A DNA stretch of 51,114 nucleotides from an uncultured Nitrosopumilaceae archaeon (lineage in GTDB: Archaea; Thermoproteota; Nitrososphaeria; Nitrososphaerales; Nitrosopumilaceae), in assembly GCA_964538845.1 (NCBI GenBank), contig CAZIHN010000001.1, positions 4,048 to 55,161 on the forward strand, in the 5' to 3' direction. The position numbers were made by a program, and so were the translations under genes. Shown in pieces: positions 35,718 through 44,007 of this stretch. Position 1 is the stretch's first letter. Each line of letters begins with the position of its first letter. The notes under the pieces are model-generated. The model did no database searches and was not told the origin of the DNA. It saw only the letters and a program-made list of their open reading frames with translations.

Positions 35718-36716
35718 CTAAGCTGTCTGAGCTGACGATTTCAGCTCATACGTAGGCCAATTGTTGAACATTCTAATTATTTCATTTTTGTCTTCTTCGC
35801 CTAGATATTTGCCATCAGACATTTGTGAAAACATAACAATCTCCTCCTCACTTACTACAGTTGGCAAAACCGATGAGACAGAGTTTTGAGACAAGATGAA
35901 CTTGATTGCAAGTTCAGTAATGTTAAGACCGTTCCTTTTTGCAATAGGCATTAGTTGGTCTACCTTCTTTAATGCCTCTTTTACCCAGTCACCTGATCTT
36001 ACTGAGCGATGGTCTTTATCATTAATCTTTGTATCTGCATTCACCTTCCCAGTCAAAATTCCAGAAGCATCTGGAACTCTAACAAGAATTCCTACATTTT
36101 GTTTATCTGCCTCTTCAATTAGTAGGTTTCCTGGATTCTGTTCAAGTATATTATAGACAGTCTGCACTGCAACGGCATTTGTTTTTTTCATAGCTTCCAA
36201 ACCTTCTTGTGTCCAGCCTATTGCTGGACCCAAGGCAATTTGGTAACTCTTGATGATACCTTCCTTTACCTTCTCATCCAGGAACTCAAACAACTTTGTA
36301 TCCCGTATAGTTTGAATTTTCGGATTGTGAAGACCATAGACCTCAACATGGTCTCTTTGTAATCGTTCTAAACTTTTCTTCAAAGCAAAACTAGTAAATT
36401 CCGTAGTAAACTTCTGTGGAAGTTCTTTATGACCTATCTGTTCGTTTGAATATATATCATAACCATATTTGGTTGAGATTACAATTTCATCCTTCATACC
36501 GGAAAATACTTCACCAATTAACTTCTCGCTCTTTCCTCTTCCATAAATATCGCCAGTCTCAAAATAATTAATTCCCAGATCATATGCTCGCTTTAACATT
36601 TTCTTGCCTTCATCGTCTTCTATCTTCTTTCCCCACCAATCAAGACCAAGTGTCCATGCGCCAAATCCAATTTCTGATACATTAATTTCACTCTTCCCTA
36701 GCTTTCTGTACTTCAA
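35718..36716 (-). CDS. Aldo/keto reductase
   Basis: VSEIGFGAW, GINYFETGDIYGRGKSE, ISTKYG, SLERLQ, LHNP, QTVYNILE. Confidence 0.93.
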   Translation of the reverse strand: MKYRKLGKSEINVSEIGFGAWTLGLDWWGKKIEDDEGKKMLKRAYDLGINYFETGDIYGRGKSEKLIGEVFSGMKDEIVISTKYGYDIYSNEQIGHKELPQKFTTEFTSFALKKSLERLQRDHVEVYGLHNPKIQTIRDTKLFEFLDEKVKEGIIKSYQIALGPAIGWTQEGLEAMKKTNAVAVQTVYNILEQNPGNLLIEEADKQNVGILVRVPDASGILTGKVNADTKINDKDHRSVRSGDWVKEALKKVDQLMPIAKRNGLNITELAIKFILSQNSVSSVLPTVVSEEEIVMFSQMSDGKYLGEEDKNEIIRMFNNWPTYELKSSAQTA

Positions 36717-37258
36717 TTTACAACTCTCCGAAACTCTGACAGTTTATCTTGAAGCTCTGATTCATTAAGAACAGCTTTTCCACCCTCGGAATTAGCATTT
36801 AATTCTATCCAAGATTTGCATCCGTAGTATTCAGGAAGTATTTGGATCTCTAATGGAGGAATCTTGTATATTTTTACAAAAATGGCTTTCATTGGCTTTT
36901 CAGGCATCCAATTCATTCTTTCAGCCATATAGGAATCACTCCAAATATGAAATGATGAAAGGTATTCTATCTTTTTTTTTGAAGAGACATCACATTCATC
37001 GAGAACCTCAGCATATGATGTAATTAAGTTTGTACCTTCCCTTGGTTTTTGTTCTATTACATCCGCGAGGTATCGATAAAATTGTGATTTTAGAGAGGAA
37101 TTATCTTGATGCTCAAATGTTGGAAACAATAAAAATTTTCTAGCTTTTAAGCTAAATCCAGAGACTGCCTCAAGTATTCCTCCCTTCCTTAGTATGACTG
37201 TCTGATCACCATTTTCTAGCGCTTTTACTACTGTTGCCCATTCCTTTAGTGCTTCCAT
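36713..37258 (-). CDS. DUF1802-family protein
   Basis: ALKEWA...GDQTVILRKGGI.E, FLLFPTFEHQ, YYGCKSW. Confidence 0.88.
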   Translation of the reverse strand: MEALKEWATVVKALENGDQTVILRKGGILEAVSGFSLKARKFLLFPTFEHQDNSSLKSQFYRYLADVIEQKPREGTNLITSYAEVLDECDVSSKKKIEYLSSFHIWSDSYMAERMNWMPEKPMKAIFVKIYKIPPLEIQILPEYYGCKSWIELNANSEGGKAVLNESELQDKLSEFRRVVN

Positions 37259-37929
37259 CAGCCTAAACTCCGAATCAGAGGGACTACCTCCTTTCTTACA
37301 GATACAATCATCGGCGTATCAACTGTGACATGCCCGCTAACACGGGTTTCCCTCAAGTCCATTATCAAGTCTTGAAATTTGTGCAAATCATCTGTTTCAA
37401 AGGCAAGCATGAAATCTTCATCGTGAATACCAAACGAATAAGTTGTGTTTAGTTTTACTTCGGGATACTTTTGACCAACTGCAATATGTTCCGCCATCAT
37501 TTCTTTTCTCTTGTCGAGAGGCATGAGATACCATTCACGCGTCTTGATGAATGGATATACAATAACATACTTTTTTTGTTCTTCACCTGCAAGCCATCCA
37601 TGCATTGTTGGATTTTTTGCATAGATGGACGGTCTTGTACTTGATAGGTAAACATGAGTTGGAATTATATATTTTCCAAATACAGTAAGGTAGAGTTTCG
37701 ATACTACATCTTGGATCTTCTCGACAGAATCTGATGCAAACCAAAATAGAAACTCGGCATCGTCTCTTAGACCTAGTGTTGAATAAGATCGGTACATTAT
37801 TTGTGAATTCCGTAGAATGTTTTCAACTTCTTTAGCTGATTCTTCCTTTGCCAAATCCGCCATCCAGCGCCATTTTTGATCTATCTTAAAAAATGAGAAA
37901 TTGAAAAAGTATCTAGTTTGATCACTCAT
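37258..37929 (-). CDS. Chlorite dismutase/coprohaem decarboxylase (HemQ/ChdC)-family protein; probable start ATG 37929
   Basis: YSTLGLRDDAEFLFW, YPFIKTREWYLM, MMAEH, YSFGIHDEDF, DLRET. Confidence 0.88.
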   Translation of the reverse strand: MSDQTRYFFNFSFFKIDQKWRWMADLAKEESAKEVENILRNSQIMYRSYSTLGLRDDAEFLFWFASDSVEKIQDVVSKLYLTVFGKYIIPTHVYLSSTRPSIYAKNPTMHGWLAGEEQKKYVIVYPFIKTREWYLMPLDKRKEMMAEHIAVGQKYPEVKLNTTYSFGIHDEDFMLAFETDDLHKFQDLIMDLRETRVSGHVTVDTPMIVSVRKEVVPLIRSLG

Positions 37930-38050
37930 GTTGACGTAATCCACTATCACCATATTTAAAATCTGATCATGTTAACCGAATAGAGATTTCAAATGGGAGA
38001 ATCCTCTTATGTTTAGTGATACTTAATTAGAATAGATACAGGGTAAACCT

Positions 38051-38146
38051 ATGCAAAGAAAAACAGTTCTCATTATATCGATTGGTTCAATTTTTGGAGC
38101 ATTTACTATTGTTATGATTATGATAGTCTTAAAATCTCTGTTTTAG
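38051..38146 (+). CDS. 31-aa single-pass membrane micropeptide
   Basis: Not in the track. MQRKTVLIISIGSIFGAFTIVMIMIVLKSLF: basic N-terminus followed by one TM helix. Confidence 0.5.
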   Translation: MQRKTVLIISIGSIFGAFTIVMIMIVLKSLF

Positions 38147-38237
38147 AATAAGCCTAAAAGGAAACCTAAACTCCTAAACTACTATCTAAATAAAGTCATC
38201 AAAACACTTATTATTTCATCTTGGAAAATTTTCTTAA

Positions 38238-38537
38238 ATGCCAAACATAGGCCAACTTAACAGGCCACAAAATAAACTTGAACCAGTAGAAGGCGAAATT
38301 GATAGTATAAGCGAACCAAGAACAGTCAATCTCAAGAGCGGTGGGCAGGCTCAGGTTGCAGATGCAGTACTAAAAGATGATACAGGACAGATAAAACTCA
38401 CATTATGGGACGCACAAATAAACATGATAAAAAAAGGATCAAAAATCAGAATCGAAAATGGATATATCACTACATTTAGAGGCGAAAACTCGCTAAATGT
38501 TGGAAAGTACGGAAAACTAACTGTTACAGAGTTCTAA
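38238..38537 (+). CDS. Single-OB-fold ssDNA-binding protein (SSB/RPA-like)
   Basis: VADAVLKDDTGQIKLTLWD...IRIENGY..FRG..LNVGKYG. Confidence 0.9.
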   Translation: MPNIGQLNRPQNKLEPVEGEIDSISEPRTVNLKSGGQAQVADAVLKDDTGQIKLTLWDAQINMIKKGSKIRIENGYITTFRGENSLNVGKYGKLTVTEF

Positions 38538-39139
38538 ATAAATCTAGACTGATTCTTACTTTTTCTCCAATCTACTACGGTAAGTATTATTCCAGATATC
38601 AGTATGACAAATCCAATTATCAATAGAAATCCTGCCAAAGCTAAGGGAACGATATTTTTAATAAAAGGCGAATTGGGATCGGTTAATGCCTTTGATTTTT
38701 CAGGATTCTCTGTAAACATCATTATCGCGGTTATGGAGTTTTTACCTGTATTTTGTACATTAAAATTATAGGTATCAACCTTTGAGACTTCAAAAGATTT
38801 TACAAGGATAGGGTCAGTATCAGTAAACACACCAAATTTGTCACCAAATATATTAGTAATTGTAATCGATGCACGATCATCTTGTTTGTAATCTACGATA
38901 TGAAAGCCCCACATTAAAGGTACATTAGCAGTATTGACACTGTGTGAGAAGGTGTAAACAGTACCAGAATCTATTGTGACTTTATCAGTTACGTTATCAA
39001 ACATGCTTTCAGGAGTAGGGAACATATCTTGTCCATTGAATCCGGATTGAATTCTAGGTACAATTGAATATGCTACAGCCATTGATACAACTACCATAAT
39101 TGTTCCTGCGATCGCTATAATTGGTCCTCGCTTCTTCAT
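38534..39139 (-). CDS. Hypothetical membrane protein with N- and C-terminal TM helices around a beta-rich domain; probable start ATG 39139
   Basis: The ATG follows the PAC2 stop directly; hydrophobic segments at both ends. Confidence 0.75.
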   Translation of the reverse strand: MKKRGPIIAIAGTIMVVVSMAVAYSIVPRIQSGFNGQDMFPTPESMFDNVTDKVTIDSGTVYTFSHSVNTANVPLMWGFHIVDYKQDDRASITITNIFGDKFGVFTDTDPILVKSFEVSKVDTYNFNVQNTGKNSITAIMMFTENPEKSKALTDPNSPFIKNIVPLALAGFLLIIGFVILISGIILTVVDWRKSKNQSRFI

Positions 39140-39140
39140 T

Positions 39141-39917
39141 TTAACTGATATATCCCAATTTCTTGTCATGTTGAGACATAGGCAAAGATTCTCCACCAGT
39201 TCTTTGTCCCATCTGTTCCTCAATTGTCTTAACTAGTTGCTCTGTATCTTTTGCCTTCTTTATAATGCCCGTCAAATCTAGTTTCAGATCCATCATCTTT
39301 GCTAATGTTTCAAGAACAACTTTTGATGCTTTTGCATCTACTACATATCCTGATGTTTCACCTAGCAAACAAACTCCCGTTATCCCTTTCCTTTTTCCAA
39401 CTCCAATAAGCAAACCATTCATTCCGGTTATACTACCACTACTCATTGTAGAAACTTCGTTCTTCTGAAATTCTTTTACAATTTCTTGTGATGTGCTAGT
39501 ACCATAAACTTTTTGAGTTTTAGAAAAAGTGCCGGTTATGTATGCTGCCAATGTGTAAATGGTTTTTACGCCAAGTTTTTCACAAATCTTTGTTATTTCC
39601 TCTGCCATCTCGTACTCACTCTCAGGAGTTACAGGTTGTGCATCACCGCTGAGTAGAATCAAGTCGTTTGATTTACCTTTACAATAATACAATACATTTT
39701 TCATCAGATCAGATGTCCCATCAGATTGGATTAGAATTTGTGGAGGGAACGATGATGAAAATATATTAGCAAAAGGGACAGCGGCCAATTCTTCAATGAG
39801 ATGATCAACAGCAAGTTTACCTACATAACCACTTCCTGGTAATCCACAAATCAATGATGGATTTTTCAGCTTTGGCATCTCAAGAATTTCGATGATAATT
39901 CGTTGAGGAAGTGACAC
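39141..39917 (-). CDS. PAC2 (proteasome assembly chaperone) family protein
   Basis: LICGLPGSGYVGKLAVDHL, GDAQP, ITGMNGLL, CLLGET, C-terminal HbYX-like GYIS. Confidence 0.9.
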   Translation of the reverse strand: MSLPQRIIIEILEMPKLKNPSLICGLPGSGYVGKLAVDHLIEELAAVPFANIFSSSFPPQILIQSDGTSDLMKNVLYYCKGKSNDLILLSGDAQPVTPESEYEMAEEITKICEKLGVKTIYTLAAYITGTFSKTQKVYGTSTSQEIVKEFQKNEVSTMSSGSITGMNGLLIGVGKRKGITGVCLLGETSGYVVDAKASKVVLETLAKMMDLKLDLTGIIKKAKDTEQLVKTIEEQMGQRTGGESLPMSQHDKKLGYIS

Positions 39918-39959
39918 AGGGTTACAAAATTATTCATTCAATATTAATTAAGCGTATGA

Positions 39960-40775
39960 TTACTTCTTACGTTTTGAACTTGATGATTTTTGTTTTGATC
40001 TTCTTTTTGATACTTTTACCTTTTTCTTTGCTTTAGATCTTACCTTTTTCTTTGTTAATTTTCTTTTGGTTTTTGTTCTCTTTTTCTTAATTTTTCTTGT
40101 TCTGGTTTTTGTTTTTTGATTTGTTTTTTTCTTCTTTTTTCTCTGAGAAACAAGTTGAGCCAATTTCTTTTGTGCTAATTCAAGTACTCTAACGGCCGAA
40201 GTTTCACGTTGTTGAAGAGATTCAACCTTAGGCCTCAGTGCATTCTCTTGTTTTGTACTTGTCCTTAATTGATCAACTAATGCAGGTTTTGCCTGAACTT
40301 GGGCCTTTAACTGCTTTTCTATCTGAGCCTTGTCCCTTTCACAAGTCTCGATTGTCTTTACTAACCTAGACTGAGTTGTTTCTCTTTCCTTTATTTCAGC
40401 ACCAAGTTCAGATATTTTTTGATCAAAATACTTTAGGTTTTCAACAGATGATCCCGCATCGTTTTGGGAGCCATATTCACTTTGTTGGCTGGCTTGGTCT
40501 CTGGCATCTTGTTCATTTTTTAGCCTCTCCTCTGCTAAAGCCCTAAGCCTCTCTATACTTTCCCTTTGTGATAGGTATTGATTTAGCAACTGTAGCACTC
40601 TGTCTTTTTTTCTTGTAAGGTCTTCTCTTTTCCTCTCTATCGCAGATAATCTAGATGATGACCTCCTTTTTGCAGACAGTGTTTCTTTTAGCATATTTTC
40701 ACTTTCTCTTCGCAATTTAGCTATCTCGTCTTTTCTTTTCTTATATGACTTGGTAAGTGTCACAAGCGATCCCAT
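39960..40775 (-). CDS. Coiled-coil protein with an extremely Lys/Arg-rich C-terminal tail
   Basis: About 210 aa of heptad-like E/K/Q/R/L sequence, then about 60 aa dominated by K/R/T/S. Confidence 0.8.
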   Translation of the reverse strand: MGSLVTLTKSYKKRKDEIAKLRRESENMLKETLSAKRRSSSRLSAIERKREDLTRKKDRVLQLLNQYLSQRESIERLRALAEERLKNEQDARDQASQQSEYGSQNDAGSSVENLKYFDQKISELGAEIKERETTQSRLVKTIETCERDKAQIEKQLKAQVQAKPALVDQLRTSTKQENALRPKVESLQQRETSAVRVLELAQKKLAQLVSQRKKKKKTNQKTKTRTRKIKKKRTKTKRKLTKKKVRSKAKKKVKVSKRRSKQKSSSSKRKK

Positions 40776-40929
40776 GCGATTTAGAGTCTTTATAATCGGT
40801 TAAGTTTAGATTATGATCAGTATTTGACATACAAGTAAATATTTTTAACATATTTTCCATGTTTTTTCTTAAATTTAGATCGAATAATCTAACCAAGCAG
40901 ATTTTATTTGGAAGGGTAAGATAACATGT

Positions 40930-41241
40930 ATGGATTTCCACCCTTCAGATCTGCCAGTAATCCAATCATTTCAAATTGATGATGAGCACAAGGCTTCCGA
41001 TCTAGCAAACCAGATTGTAAGACAAGGATTTTCTTCCCAGAATGGAGCTTTTAGGGTAATTATGACCAAAGAAAAAAGAGCGGCAAAAAAAATAGGTTTT
41101 ACAATACTGAATGAACTCAATTTAGGATTGAGAAAAACAAAGCAAGAACGTGATGTAAGGTACTGGATCTATAGCCATGATGCGGATCATTATGCTATGG
41201 TGTTGATAAGTTCAAAAGTTATGGAAAAGTTAGGTTTTTGA
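40930..41241 (+). CDS. Hypothetical protein
   Basis: 103-aa ORF with ATG start and a TATA-like TTTTATTT about 25 nt upstream. Confidence 0.72.
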   Translation: MDFHPSDLPVIQSFQIDDEHKASDLANQIVRQGFSSQNGAFRVIMTKEKRAAKKIGFTILNELNLGLRKTKQERDVRYWIYSHDADHYAMVLISSKVMEKLGF

Positions 41242-41889
41242 ATTGTCAAAGATAAGATCGAGTTTTAGTTTCTTTGCAACAATATTGGAAATTAAAACAC
41301 CAAAAATTACACCAGATATGACTGTTAGAAGTGTCTCTTGCAATAGATATAGCCTGCTTACAGAAACTACTGCGGGATAAATCCATAGCAGATAACAACC
41401 ATGAGGAAATCTCCTGGATAAACCATATCCGGCAATAAACGCGAATATCACAGTCCTTACAGTATACCCTGCAGGAAAAATTCCATCAATTGCACAAGGA
41501 ACTCCAACATCTGCACCTGACTTGATCGGCAAGTGCGCCCCTAGATAATCAATGGCAGGTTTTTCGTATCCAGTATAACATCTCATATATGCCACCACAA
41601 TACTGCCAACCAAGAGGGAAAGAAGTAAGATGAGACCCAGACGCCTTGTTTTCTTAATTATGAATAGAATAATTGCTATAAAAATAGGGTATAAAATCCA
41701 ACCTAATTCTGAAAAGACTGCCATAGTAAGATCTAATGGAGTGTTTCCTGCTATTTTTTGAAGAAAACTTTGAAATTCCCTATCTTGAACCACTACTATT
41801 TTTGTTACAGCAAGATATGTAAGTACTAAAAAAACTAATAACAAAAGGAAAAAAGTTCTACTTCTTATATCAAAGATCCAATTCTGCAA
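41230..41889 (-). CDS. PAP2-superfamily membrane protein with degenerate catalytic motifs
   Basis: PAP2-like TM layout; FPAGY at the PSGH position and SRLYLLQE at the SRxxxxxH position; AGGAGG upstream of the TTG. Confidence 0.75.
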   Translation of the reverse strand: MQNWIFDIRSRTFFLLLLVFLVLTYLAVTKIVVVQDREFQSFLQKIAGNTPLDLTMAVFSELGWILYPIFIAIILFIIKKTRRLGLILLLSLLVGSIVVAYMRCYTGYEKPAIDYLGAHLPIKSGADVGVPCAIDGIFPAGYTVRTVIFAFIAGYGLSRRFPHGCYLLWIYPAVVSVSRLYLLQETLLTVISGVIFGVLISNIVAKKLKLDLIFDNSKT

Positions 41890-42025
41890 AGAATTATCCT
41901 CCTATTTGCCAATCATATCAATTTAACTGGATAGGAATGATCCATATTAAAGCAGAGTTCTAGGAGATTTCCATCAGTGGTTTTATGACTAAAAGAATTT
42001 AACCAGACCTTGAGGTAGAACTGGC

Positions 42026-43237
42026 GTGAAGATTTTAACATTGGATGATTTTAAAACTAAAGGAAAAACTGTCTTTCTTCGAGTAGATATGAATTGTCCA
42101 ATAGATCCTGCTACAATGAAAATAATAGAAACTAGTAGAATTCGGGAATCTACCGAGTCTCTCAAAGACTTGGAGGGCGCTAAAGTAGTAATTGGATCAC
42201 ATCAGGGAAGAGTTGGCAATAATGACTATACTGGGATGGAAAATCATGCAAAGGTGCTTGAACAAATTCTTGGACGCAAAATAAAATACGTTGAAGACGT
42301 TATTGGCTCAGAGGCTCAGAGGGAAATTAAGAACATGAAAGATGGCGATATAATTTTGCTTGATAATCTTAGATTATGTGCAGAAGAAAATTATGAATTT
42401 TCTTCTGCTGATGCGTCAAATACAATAATGGTAAACCGGCTCTCTAAATTATTTGACATCTGTGTCTTGGATTCATTTCCAAGTTCACATAGGTCTCATC
42501 CTTCAATAATTGGATTTGCCCATTTGCTCCCATCATGCGCAGGCAGACTGGTAGAAAGAGAGGTTAGAAAGCTAGATGAGATTTTAACTGTAGCCAAAGG
42601 ACCGCACGTAGTTGTGCTAGGAGGATCAAAGGTAGTCGATAGGCTTGAAGCTATAAAGGAGTTGATACAAAATGGCAGAGCTGACCAAGTTCTTCTTACT
42701 GGAGTCATAGCAAATGTTTTCTTAAGAGCTCAAGGTAGAATCAAGTTTCCTCTTGGAATAAAAAGAGAAGAGGAAGTTGTTACCAAGGCTCATTCTTTAA
42801 TTGGTGAATATCCAGATGTATTCTCGGTTCCTGTAGATATTGCGGTAGAAAGAAATGGCAAGAGAGTGGAGATGGATGTTCGTGAGCTAGTAAAAGGTGA
42901 TAAAATATTCGATCTTGGTCCGAAATCTGTTGAATATTATCTAAAATCAGTTCAAAGTGCAGGGACTGTATTTATGAGCGGTCCTGCAGGATTTTTCGAG
43001 AATGAGAATTTCAAATTTGGTACGGAAAATCTGCTCAAGGGAATAGCTAACTCCTTTGCAACTACCATCGTAAGTGGTGGACATCTTACTGCTGCTCTGA
43101 AGAGATACGGTTTGGCAGAGAAGATAAATCACATAAGCACCGCGGGGGGTGCATTGGTACTGTATCTTACAGGTGTAAAACTACCAATGATTCAAGCTTT
43201 AGAAGAAGCGGCTATAAGGTTTCGTTCTAAAGAATAG
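42026..43237 (+). CDS. pgk: Phosphoglycerate kinase
   Basis: FLRVDMNCP, SHQGR, LLDNLR, VLGGSK, FDLGP, GGH, HISTAGGA. Confidence 0.96.
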   Translation: MKILTLDDFKTKGKTVFLRVDMNCPIDPATMKIIETSRIRESTESLKDLEGAKVVIGSHQGRVGNNDYTGMENHAKVLEQILGRKIKYVEDVIGSEAQREIKNMKDGDIILLDNLRLCAEENYEFSSADASNTIMVNRLSKLFDICVLDSFPSSHRSHPSIIGFAHLLPSCAGRLVEREVRKLDEILTVAKGPHVVVLGGSKVVDRLEAIKELIQNGRADQVLLTGVIANVFLRAQGRIKFPLGIKREEEVVTKAHSLIGEYPDVFSVPVDIAVERNGKRVEMDVRELVKGDKIFDLGPKSVEYYLKSVQSAGTVFMSGPAGFFENENFKFGTENLLKGIANSFATTIVSGGHLTAALKRYGLAEKINHISTAGGALVLYLTGVKLPMIQALEEAAIRFRSKE

Positions 43238-43565
43238 CATTACATTGAGGGTTTATGCAAACCCTTGGTTCCAGTTTACCTAAGAAAATCTCTTGGTTAC
43301 ATGACTTGCATTTCAACTTCTCAACCACTTCAAAGATCTTGTACCATTTCGTAGTGAAATTCTGTGCAATCTGCCTGATGAGTCCCTCATTGTGTAATTG
43401 TTTAAAGTATGGCTCCATATCGTCAATAGTAATAGTGCTATCTAATCCAGTGCTTTGTAATAATTCGAAGATTTCATCATTTGTAAACCTCAAATCCATA
43501 TTGTTGAATTTTTCAAAAATAATTTTTCTAATTTGAAGGGGTATGAGAATGTTCGTCAGGGTCAA
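43227..43565 (-). CDS. Winged-helix plus Zn-ribbon hypothetical protein, last gene of the suf run
   Basis: Helical wHTH-like N-terminal part; C-terminal CKSC...CINPQC. Confidence 0.75.
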   Translation of the reverse strand: MTLTNILIPLQIRKIIFEKFNNMDLRFTNDEIFELLQSTGLDSTITIDDMEPYFKQLHNEGLIRQIAQNFTTKWYKIFEVVEKLKCKSCNQEIFLGKLEPRVCINPQCNAIL

Positions 43566-43566
43566 T

Positions 43567-44007
43567 CTAGTATAGACCTGATGCTTCTTCCTTTATTTTA
43601 TCTGCAGATACTGTATCCTTTAGCTTCTCTGATAGATAAGAATAGAGACCAGATTTTAGAACCTTGAGGGACAATAAAGCACACTTAACTCTTGCTGGAC
43701 CAAGTTCATGTAAACCCAAGTTATTAAAAATGTCTTCTTTTGTAAGTTTTTTTACAAATTCGAAATCTTTGCCCATAATAAGTTCAGTAAGCATTGATGC
43801 ACTTGCCTGGCTTATTGCACAACCTTTGCCAGTAAACTTTACGTCTGCAACCTTGTTTTCTTTGATGTTAATGAACATTTCAAGCTCATCTCCGCAAAGT
43901 GGGTTACTGTCTCTTTGAGATATATCTGGATTTTCTATTTTACCATAGTTTCTCGGATTTCTATAATAATCCAATATTATTTCTCTGTAAATATCAGCAC
44001 TGCTTAT
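43567..44007 (-). CDS. sufU: Fe-S scaffold/sulfur acceptor of the SufU/IscU family; extended to a probable ATA start at 44007
   Basis: NPRNYG, NPLCGD, GCAISQAS, RVKCA. The frame stays open 11 codons upstream of track start 43974 (ISSADIYREII). Confidence 0.9.
   Translation of the reverse strand: MSSADIYREIILDYYRNPRNYGKIENPDISQRDSNPLCGDELEMFINIKENKVADVKFTGKGCAISQASASMLTELIMGKDFEFVKKLTKEDIFNNLGLHELGPARVKCALLSLKVLKSGLYSYLSEKLKDTVSADKIKEEASGLY

Noticed and set aside
39960-40145. T-rich low-complexity tract as a repeat or terminator array
   Set aside because: It is the reverse complement of the Lys-rich coding tail.
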